64,000 nt of DNA from Methanobacteriota archaeon (GTDB lineage: Archaea > Halobacteriota > Bog-38 > Methanoflorentales > Methanoflorentaceae). Position 1 is the stretch's first letter. Each line of letters opens with the position of its first letter. The stretch lies in NCBI GenBank assembly GCA_963719035.1, contig CAVRAO010000002.1:672001-736000 (forward strand), in the 5' to 3' direction. The notes beneath the pieces were generated by a model. It was given only the letters and a program-made list of their open reading frames with translations. It made no database searches and had not been told where the DNA came from. The position numbers and the translations under genes were made by a program. Shown one piece after another: positions 55,227-64,000 of this stretch.

Positions 55227-57454
55227 GTAACCCGCTTGAGATGAACGACTGGCAAATACGCGACTTCCTCGGAGTGGTATTAGCAGTTCAGTTCACTCTC
55301 TGGGGCACAATACTCTTGGAATCGGCGGGGATGGCGATTCCAATTGTACGTCAGCTCCTCGGATTTATCTACCTTACATATATTCCAGGCGTTCTTATCC
55401 TGCGATGCGTGCGAATCCACAAACTCGGAACCATCCGCACTCTGTTGTTTGCGGTCTGCTTGAGCCTCGCGTTTTTGATATTTGTTGGCCTCTTTTGCAA
55501 CTTGGTCTATCCACTTTTTGGGTACAGCGAGCCGCTTTCCCTTGTTGCTTTGATGATTACGATTAGTGTGATCGTCCTCGGCCTTTGCGTTGTGAGTTAT
55601 ATACAAGACAAAACGTTTTCCGACTCAAGCACCATTGACGTTCACGAGCTCCTTAGCGCCCCGACACTATTATTATGTCTGATTCCTTTTTTGGCAATTT
55701 TTGGGACGTACGCTATGAACGTGTACCAGAACAATCTCATCTTGATGTTGCTGATTGTCGGTATTGCGCTTATTCCTGTTCTGATTGCACTTGATCGGTT
55801 CTTCGCACCGAAGCACTATCCTCTCGCGGTTTTTGTTGTTGCGCTAGCCCTTCTTTACCATACATCGTTGATATCAAACTATGTGTGGGGTTGGGATATC
55901 CATCACGAATATGCCCTCGCACAAGCGGTTGTACAAAACGCGTTATGGAATCCATTCCTCGCCGATAATTATAACGCGATGCTGAGTGTGACGATACTCC
56001 CCGTTTTCTACACGCAGATTTGCGCGCTAAGCCTTACGTGGGTATTCAAAACAGTTTATCCATTCATATGCGCTCTCGTACCGCTCGGTTTGTTTCTGGT
56101 TTTTGAGAAACAGACTGATCGTAAGACGAGCTTCTTCGCGACATTCTTTTTTGTCTCATTGTATTCTTTCTATGTGGAGCAGGTCGAGCTTGCAAGACAA
56201 GAAGTTGCTTTGCTTTTTCTCATATTGTTTGTGCTTTTGATCGAGGACAGAGTCATGCCCAGGATCAAGGTCAGTGCATTGCTCCTTGTATTCGGCGCTG
56301 CACTCGTCGTGTCTCACTATGGGATAACTTACCTATTTCTATTATGCCTCTTCGGCGCATTCCTCGCGCAAGCGATATCCAACAGTCCTTTCGTGCAGCG
56401 CGGTGGCAAAAAACTCGGTGCTCGTTCAAAGGTCAGTCGAACTCAAGTTAGCAACAGCAATGTAGCGTTTTCAACGGCGAACACTGGAAATCTACGCGTA
56501 AGATTAGTGCTGCTGGTTTTTGTTACTGCATTCGGTTGGTACATATATGTCGGGGGTGCAAGTCCCCTGTTCTCTATGTTAACTATAGGTGAAAGCATTT
56601 CAAACACCTTATTCGGCAGCGGACCGTCTCAAACGCCACAAGGACTCGCTGTTTTGACGGGTGTAAACGCGACGACCCTTTATCAGCTGGCACGATATAT
56701 CAGCAATGTAAGCAGCCTCCTCATCGCGCTTGGTCTACTTGCCGTCATAGTACGATTTTGCAAAAGGCATTTCAGTGCGACGTACTTGGGGTTCTCCGCC
56801 GCAAGCTTCGTAATATTGATCGCTGGCGTGGTTGTGCCATTTTTTGCAAGCGGCCTCAACATCGCCAGACTGTACCAAATCGCACTCGTCCTCTTGGCTC
56901 CTTTTGTGGTGATCGGCTGGTTCGCCGTTGTTAAGGGGCTGCTCAAAGTGCTAAAGGTTCCATTTACAAAGAAACGGATCAAGGGGGCAACCGTGTTATT
57001 ATCGTTCTTTTTAGCGACCGTCCTGTTTTTCAACACCGGATTTGTCTACCAAGTTGCCGGAGATCCCCCCTTATCTTTCGCTCTTACCACTAAGATTGAC
57101 TACCCTATTTACAACGATCATGAGAATTCCGCCGCAATCTGGCTATATACCGAAAAAGACAGCAGCAAGGTCTGGGCGGACAACTACCGATTCCTGCTCT
57201 TGCAACAGTTTGAACCCTCGACGGTAAGCTCGCTTAAAATAACTACGGATCTCTCGGCAAATAGCACGTACGCATTTTTGGGGACTCGGAACGTCGCGCA
57301 AATGAATTTCACAGTCAATTATCCGACGGCCTACAAGAACGTCACAGGTGTTGCCTTGTACGGCCGCATCGCCGGAAACGAGAGCAGGATCTACGACAAT
57401 GGGGGCGCACAAGTCTACAAGCCGACAAGCCCGGCCTTTACGATTTTGCCGTGA
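55217..57454 (+). CDS. DUF2206 multi-pass membrane protein (putative polymerase/GT-C)
   Basis: NPLEMNDW, GWDIHHEY, YNAMLSVTILP, ARQE, SHY. Confidence 0.82.
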   Translation: MQISNPLEMNDWQIRDFLGVVLAVQFTLWGTILLESAGMAIPIVRQLLGFIYLTYIPGVLILRCVRIHKLGTIRTLLFAVCLSLAFLIFVGLFCNLVYPLFGYSEPLSLVALMITISVIVLGLCVVSYIQDKTFSDSSTIDVHELLSAPTLLLCLIPFLAIFGTYAMNVYQNNLILMLLIVGIALIPVLIALDRFFAPKHYPLAVFVVALALLYHTSLISNYVWGWDIHHEYALAQAVVQNALWNPFLADNYNAMLSVTILPVFYTQICALSLTWVFKTVYPFICALVPLGLFLVFEKQTDRKTSFFATFFFVSLYSFYVEQVELARQEVALLFLILFVLLIEDRVMPRIKVSALLLVFGAALVVSHYGITYLFLLCLFGAFLAQAISNSPFVQRGGKKLGARSKVSRTQVSNSNVAFSTANTGNLRVRLVLLVFVTAFGWYIYVGGASPLFSMLTIGESISNTLFGSGPSQTPQGLAVLTGVNATTLYQLARYISNVSSLLIALGLLAVIVRFCKRHFSATYLGFSAASFVILIAGVVVPFFASGLNIARLYQIALVLLAPFVVIGWFAVVKGLLKVLKVPFTKKRIKGATVLLSFFLATVLFFNTGFVYQVAGDPPLSFALTTKIDYPIYNDHENSAAIWLYTEKDSSKVWADNYRFLLLQQFEPSTVSSLKITTDLSANSTYAFLGTRNVAQMNFTVNYPTAYKNVTGVALYGRIAGNESRIYDNGGAQVYKPTSPAFTILP

Positions 57455-57832
57455 GGCCCAACTCTGATTTTCTGTGCTTCGACGAAACGCAGGGTCGTGC
57501 ATCGTTCTGAAGCAGCGCGTCTCCTTTTCCTCTTTCCCCGCAGCTGCGCCAAAAAAAGCCAAAACACGCAGCCCGGCTCCGACGCTCAAACAACACTCTC
57601 AGATGCCGTTACCCTGCTCAAAACGGACTATCGAAAATGCAAGAAAGGCCCACGCTGGATTCCGGCTAGCATTCGCCACGGCCCAAGATTCTATTACGAA
57701 TCGCACAGTCGTTTTCGTGCCGTCTCCTTGCACATTGTTCTTGCTGTAGGACCCGGCTTGCAACGACGCGCTGAGACGTTCAGAGCAACATAAGTTGCTG
57801 CAAATCGTCGAACTACGCCTGTTTGGTCGACG

Positions 57833-58847
57833 CTAATGCATCTCCTTCGAAGATAGCTCCTGCGAAACTTCGTTCAATATTTCGTGAAACCTCAGTAGTC
57901 TATCATCTTCTAAGAACTCATCACCCAGCGTGAGGCACTCAGCATCGACGATCTCAATTCTAGGCCTTTCTTCATAGCGACTGAGATCTGCATTTTTTCT
58001 AAGGAAAAATACGTTGCTGCCGCTAAAAACTCTTTGGAATAGCATTTTCATCTTTAGATGGGCAACGTTCTGCCTGCGTATTGTTGGGTACCGCATTTTG
58101 AAAAACTGTGGCCGTCGATCGGTAGTTGTACACGAAGTAACGATAGGGGCTGAAATGCAATTTCTTCAAGACTATCGAAGGTACTCAGAAGTCGTGTGAT
58201 AATGATGCCCGTAATGATTCGTCGCCCGACAATCCAAGAGCTTCCCCGATTTGACTTCTTAGCGAGATTGACGGTTCAATGAGCACAAAAGTCCCGTCGC
58301 GCTTCAATATACGATTGATTTCGAGAAAAAACGATTGGAAGTCAGCGATGTGATGCACCAACTCCTTGCAAAAAACAACGTCAAGAGCGCCGGTGGGAAA
58401 GGGCAACCACTTGGAGTCACAGACGATGTTTTTGCCACGTATCAAGTTTTTGTGCTTCCAGTGAAGTCCGCTGAATAAGCTGTTGGGATCGAGGTCGCAG
58501 CGATAGGTGTCAAAGCCATTTTCAGACAGGAGCTGACTCGTAGGTCCTCCAGCACTGCCCACATCTAGCGCGATTGGATTATCGATGGCGTTGTCAGCTC
58601 TTAGCACGTTGATGACGATCTGATGACAACTTGAAAGAGGGTCGTGCAAAATTATAGTGTTTCCCGACGTCATCCAAATTCGTTTGATGGTTGCATTCGG
58701 TCGAAATAATCTTCCTTATCTCGTCACGTTCTTCGACGTCATACCCCATGAAAATCAAATCGTGGCGAACGGGGTATTCCAAAGAGCATTTTTGACAGGT
58801 GAGCACATCTCTATCGGTACTCGAGGGTACCTAAGCACTGTTGGCAT
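57833..58847 (-). CDS. Class I SAM methyltransferase with N-terminal Trm112-like Zn finger (frameshifted)
   Basis: CQKCSLEYPV, LDVGSAGG, LPFPTGALDVV, HHI, RILKRDG. Confidence 0.7.
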
Positions 58848-58962
58848 CTGATCAATTCGAGAACGCGACTTTCCACAAGTGGAGATGAGCACACCGCATA
58901 AAAAGCCATGCGCCACAAGCGCGTTCGGCCATTTCACCCGGTGCGGCTGCCCGAGCGCTCAA

Positions 58963-60290
58963 CTATCTCTTGACGGTCCTGAACGTGGAGGTGAAGGCGA
59001 GGGTGGTCGTACCGCTCGTGACGGCGTTACTCGGGACGGTGAGAGTGTAGACGGTGTTGTCGGAGAGCGTGGCGCTGGGTGTGATGGTGAGGGTGATGCC
59101 GTGATGGTGATCGGCGCGGACCCCAACGGTGCCCTTTTTGGAGGTGATGGCAGAGTAGTTCGCTCCGGCCTGGATCGTCTGGTTGAAGGTTCGGGTGAGG
59201 TCTTGGTGATTGGGACGTTGATGGCGTTGTTGACGGGATTGACCGCGGCGACGGTCAGCGCGGTTCAGGGTGCTGCTGGAGTTGGCGTTGCGGTCGCAGA
59301 TGATATGCGGGTTGACGTTCCGTTTGTTAGGTTTAGGCTATCTAAATACGTACACGGAACCGTTACCGACTGACCCCCTGGGTCGCATACAATAAGGTCG
59401 AACGGTCCAATCTGGCTTTTAACCATGTTAACCACGTTGTCATCAATGATTGTTGCTCTGCTGCCGTAAGTTCCGTTTGGTTTGACCCGGGCGAATAGTT
59501 GTGCGTGTTTGGATTCCACCAATATCCCCCGTCAGCTTCCCACCCTGTCAGAACGCCGAACGGTTTCAATGGCGCTACGGTATCCAACCAATTTTTAAAG
59601 TGTACTGCTGATTGAACCCAATCCACCTGATACGTTTCCCACACAATTTCGTCGAATTGGTTAACGCGCCACGTCATATTGTGCGTTCCCCATTCTGGTA
59701 CGTTGGTCGGGGTGTAATTCGGTCGCCCAGTATTATGCGCCTGATAATACCCCGGCAGCCAGTGTGCAAGTAGTTTTTTCTGCGAGTGCTCTTTCAGCCA
59801 TATTATCGCGTTATCGTATCCGCCTTCGAAGGAATAGCCTTTAAAGAGCGGGCCGAGTTTTTCATAAATAGCTAGACACGTGCCATACAGTGATTGATAT
59901 TGCGCCGGTGTCATGTTTACCGAGACGATAGAAGCATAATATATGGGTCCTTCAATCTCAAGCCATACGGGGATACCTTGATTAGTTATATTTTGAATGA
60001 CGCCCGCATACCACGTCGCCTTTGAGGTATCCGTGAAATATGCGAACCGCGTCGTTACCCGGAAGTGAAAGCTCTACTCCCCATCCGTTCGCTTTACAAA
60101 AAGCGATCGTTTCTGCTGGTAACGTTGTCTGCCCAGGGAATACTACCTGTCCGAATATTATGTTAGGCCCAAACTGTTCCTGTTGCTCCGGCGTCCTTAG
60201 AGCTACCACGAGGACAGTGAGCAACAAAGCGACAACTAGCAAAAGAGCAACGAATTTCACACGTGTCGTGCTACCGGAGTTTGTTCGCAT
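58963..60290 (-). CDS. Secreted protein: signal anchor, aromatic-rich catalytic-like domain, PT linker, one SbsA/Big_5-like Ig domain (copy A, frameshifted)
   Basis: FVALLLVVALLL; FCKANGWGVELSLPG; FEGGYDNAIIWLKEHS; ATATPTPAAP; AVNPVNNA...FNQ...YSAIT. Confidence 0.7.
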
Positions 60291-60404
60291 GACCGAACCT
60301 TAGTTATGAAAAAGCTGTGTTTTTAGCTGATTGATTTCTTTTGTATTAAAGCACCGCTTGCAAATTGTAAAAGAAAGTCAATAGTATCAATTTTTTGTGC
60401 TTCA

Positions 60405-60870
60405 AGTGAAATCCGCTGAATAAGCTGTTGGGATCGAGGTCGCATCGATAGGTGTCAAACCCATTTTCAGACAGAGCCGTCGTAGACCCTCCAGCACAGC
60501 CCACATCTAGCGCGATTGAATTATCGATGGATTGTCAGCTCTTAGCAGTTGACAACATTCATGACAACTTGAAAGAAGGTCGTGCGAAATCATAGTGTTT
60601 CCCGACGTGATCCAATTCGTTTGATGTTGCATTCGGTCGAGATAATCTTCCTTATCTCGTCACGTTCTTCGACGTTATACCCCATGAAAATCAAATCGTG
60701 ACGAACAAGGTATTCCAAAGAGCATTTATGACACGTGAGCACATCCCTATCAGTACTCGAGAGGGCCTAGGCACTGTTGACATCTGATCAATTCGAGAAC
60801 GCGACTTTCCACAAGTGGAGATAGGCACGCCGCATAAAAAACCATGCGCTATAAACTAGTTCTGCCATTT
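60405..60870 (-). pseudogene. Truncated duplicate of the 5' part of the methyltransferase gene
   Basis: Near-identical to ~58460-58935 (gtgaa.tccgctgaataagctgttgggatcgaggtcgca...). Confidence 0.8.
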
Positions 60871-60894
60871 CACCGCGTTTGCCCGAAAACTCAG

Positions 60895-62973
60895 CTATCT
60901 CTTGACGGTCTTGAACGTGGAGGTGAAGGGTGGTGGTGAGGGTGGTCGTGCCGCTCTTGACGGCGTCACGCGGGATGGTGATGGTGTAGACGGTGTTGTA
61001 GGAGAGCTTGGAGTAGGGCGTGATGGTGAGGGTGTTGCCCGTAATGCTGACTTTGGCGTTGACCTTGACGGTGCCCTTTTTAAGGGTGATGGTGGAGTAT
61101 TCGCTCCGGCCTTGATCTTCTGGTTGAAGGTGAGGGTGATAGTCTATGGTGAGCGGGGCGTTTATAGCATTGTTAGCGGGGTTGACCGCAGTTGACGGCA
61201 AGCGGGGTGTAGGTTCCTGCTGGACCGTCGTGAACGTGGCATCGGGGAGGGCGTCGGGGTTGGAACGTTGGTGGTTTGAGTATTGCGCGCTAATCTTTAA
61301 AACGCTGCGTCACGCGGGATGGTGATGGTGTAGGCAGGTGGTGTAGGAGGGGCGTTGGCCGGTAGGGCGATGGTCTGGGTGAGGGTGAGTTGCCCGTTAG
61401 ATGCTGACTTTGGCGCTGACGTCGTGACAGCGCCCGTTGTTGAGGGTAATGGTAGATGGTGACGGATTTGCTCCGGCGCTGAGATCTTCTGGTTGAGGGT
61501 GAGGGTGATGGTCTTGGTGAGCAGGGGCGGTTATGGCGTTGTTGAGAGAGGGTCGACCGCAGTGAGGGTTGCGGGGTTGCCGTTGGGGTCACTGGCGTTG
61601 GGGTTGGGGTTGCTGTTGGCGGGTCGGTCGTGAACGTGGAGGTGAAGGGGGTGGTGAGGGTGGTCGTGCCGTTCTTGACGGCGTCACGCGGGATGGTGAT
61701 GGTATAAACGGTGTTGTCGGAGAGTGTGGCGTTGGGCGTGATGGTGAGGGTGGTGCCGGCTATCGAGGTGGTGACGGGGACAGGCGGTGCCGTTGGAGAG
61801 TGTGATGGTGGAGTAGTTCGCTCCGGCCTGGATCGTCTGGTTAAAGGTGATGGTGATGGCCGTGGTGACCGGGACGTCGATGGCGTTGTTGGCGGGATTG
61901 ACCGCGGTGACGGCTCAGCTTAGTGGGAGTGCTGTTGGCGTTGGCGTTGGCGTTGGGGTGCGTGGCGTTGGGGATGGCGTTGGGGTTGCAGACGGCGTTG
62001 GGGTTGGCGCTGCAGTTTGTTGTGCTTAGGCTATCCATATAATTACACGCAGTTCGATATTGTTGACTGATCCATCGGATTCCACGGATCGCAGACAAAC
62101 CCATCAATGGCCCTATCTTTCCTTTAACCACGTTAACCACTGTGTTAATAGCGCCTTTTCCTGTTCGCCGGTATATCTTCGTGCACCGGGGGGATCGATA
62201 GTAATTATGTCCGTACCTCGATTCCACCAATACCCGCCGTTAGGCTCCCATCCTGATAAAACGCCGAACGGTTTATCAGGCGCTACCTTATCAAGCCACG
62301 CTTTAAATGTGACTGCTAATTGTGCCCAATCTACTTGATATATCTCCCACATTATCTCATCGACCTGATTAACGCGCCACGCCATATCGTGCGTTCCCCA
62401 TTCTGGTACGACTACGGTTATAGTCAGGGGCCCATCGTTATACGCGCCATAATAACCAGCTAGCCAATGTGCACTAATTGTTTATTTGAGTGCTCTTTAA
62501 GCCATATTATCGCGTTATCGTATCCTCCCTCAAACGCATATCCTTTAAATAACGGGCCTAACTGCTCGTATTTAGCGAGTCCGGCGCCGTACATTGATTG
62601 ATAATGTGCTGGCGTTGTAGCTGCCGATATATCACCATCGTAATAGATAGGCGCCTCTATTTCGAGCCATACAGGTATGCCCTGAGCGATAATAGACTGA
62701 ATAATTTTAATGTAACTATCGGTATCAGGGTCTCCGTTAAAATATGTTCGGAAATTGCTACCAGGTAACGACAGTTCTATTCCCCATCCGTTCGCTTTGC
62801 AAAAAGCTATCGTTTCTGCGGATGGCATCCCTACTAATCCAAATATCCTTTTAGTGTACTGTTACTTCCTGGCCCGCCGCTTTTGGGGCTGCCATGAAGG
62901 CAGTGAGCACCAAAGAGACAACTAACAAAACAGCAATGAATTTTGCACCTGTCATCCCGGCGTCTGTTCGCAT
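60895..62973 (-). CDS. Secreted protein, copy B, with about three SbsA/Big_5-like Ig domains (heavily frameshifted)
   Basis: FCKANGWGIELSLPG, GIPVWLEIEAPIYY, WRVNQVDEIMWE, KPFGVLSGWE, NP/TP linker, repeated AVNPANNA units. Confidence 0.7.
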
Positions 62974-63048
62974 GTCCGAGCCTCTTTAATGAAAAAGCAC
63001 GCATCTTAAGCGATGAATTTCGTTTATATTAAAGCTATCGCTTGCAAA

Positions 63049-63197
63049 TTGTAAAATAACATAAATATTGCCTTTAAAAAGCAATTAGATTGCAAAAAAT
63101 GACTCTTATTGTAAAATATCTACAATATTGTCTTTAAAATACTATCTATCTATAACAGCTATTGAGTTGTAAAAGATCGACAATATTGTCTTTAAAA
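63049..63197. repeat. Three 31-bp AT-rich direct repeats with palindromic core
   Basis: TTGTAAAA-N7-AATATTG(T/C)CTTTAAAA at 63049, 63109 and 63167. Confidence 0.85.
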
Positions 63198-63733
63198 GGC
63201 AATCCAATGGTAAAAATATGTTGATTATTGTTACCAACCGGCCGCTGAATCAATCCCAACCGAGCTCAGGCGGACCGTTACAGCATCTTATTGCACTTAG
63301 CGACGCATTTTTTCAAACCTTATATTGCGCGCCTTCGGATATTGGCCGATTTGTACCGCCAACAAATGATTACCCTAATCAGCGCAAATACATTGCTGCG
63401 ACTTAATTGTGGGAGTAAAAGAGCTTCACCATCGCATACGAACATTGATTAAGACGGCAGATGTTGCCAATGCGGCCGCTTTAACAATGCTCCGACATAT
63501 TGTTCTTTTTTTCCAGTGTCGTAACCGATCCAGCGCTGACGACAATACTGTCGTTGTACGACCGCTTATCGGTAAGCCGAAGTGCATCCGTTCGCGGAAT
63601 CTGTTGGTGGAGCTCGCTCTAAATAAACTGGCTTTCTTCTTCTAAGCGTCAGCGACAAGAGATCGTCTACCTTCAGATTCGCCCTACACCTTCTATCTAG
63701 AGCTGCTTATCCGATCGGGCGGGAATTTCTGTA

Positions 63734-63961
63734 TTAGCCAGCGATTCTAACCCTTTTCTGAGCGCAGGATTTGGTCCACAAGGCGGACTTCTTGATCGAT
63801 TTTGCCCTGTCGTCCCAAGAGTGCTGCGAACATTTGGCCAAATTGCCTTTGCCGTAATCCTTGCCAGGAACAATGTTTAGTATTACTTTTCCCGGTTCGT
63901 CTTGAAAAAAGGCAATTTCGAACCGCCGTACCAAAGTAGAAGCAGGATCGAATAAACCCAA
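63734..63961 (-). CDS. Small hypothetical protein
   Basis: 75-aa ORF preceded by GAGGGG; no recognisable motif. Confidence 0.35.
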   Translation of the reverse strand: MGLFDPASTLVRRFEIAFFQDEPGKVILNIVPGKDYGKGNLAKCSQHSWDDRAKSIKKSALWTKSCAQKRVRIAG

Positions 63962-64000
63962 AATCCCCTCTTAACTTAATATCCTGTATTCCTTTGTCAA

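Noticed and set aside
58879-62029. Gly/Asp/Val-rich plus-strand ORFs (58879..59373, 60902..61195, 61569..62029)
   Set aside because: Antisense shadows of the Thr/Pro-rich Ig repeats on the minus strand.
63049-63197. CRISPR array
   Set aside because: Only three degenerate repeats, the sequence after repeat 3 resembles spacer 1, no cas genes are present, and the array sits in a promoter.

Overview
Archaeal chromosomal segment, most likely a Halobacteriota/Methanomicrobia-related euryarchaeon (dimeric-type EndA, PAN, aMBF1, XPB-Bax1, split GuaA, DUF354/DUF2206/DUF1614). It has three parts. (1) 1-18.7 kb: housekeeping block (endA, Ski2/Sec63-type helicase with an unusual C-terminal zinc-ribbon array, bax1-xpb, nucleotidyltransferase, sua5, mbf1, pan, CDP-alcohol transferase, kinase, hisC, argD, guaAB, pyrG, trm112, purA). 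(2) 19-29 kb: accessory block bracketed by two gene pairs of an unrecognised family built from exactly eight ~21/31-aa 'I-T-G-h-h-Y-x-D/E' repeats (one soluble plus one membrane-anchored protein per pair). It encloses a ThiF/E1-like gene, DUF1614, two paralogous wHTH regulators and a UbiA prenyltransferase with duplicated, repeat-bearing promoters. (3) 29-64 kb: surface-polysaccharide island with glycosyltransferases, a flippase, a mosaic bacterial-type CDP-sugar/C-methyltransferase/DUF4910 cassette, a 3' tRNA-Val fragment, pseudogenes, DUF2206 and a tandem duplication of a secreted Ig-repeat protein. Many genes, including essential ones, are split by single-base frameshifts, which suggests long-read indel errors, so gene boundaries are approximate.
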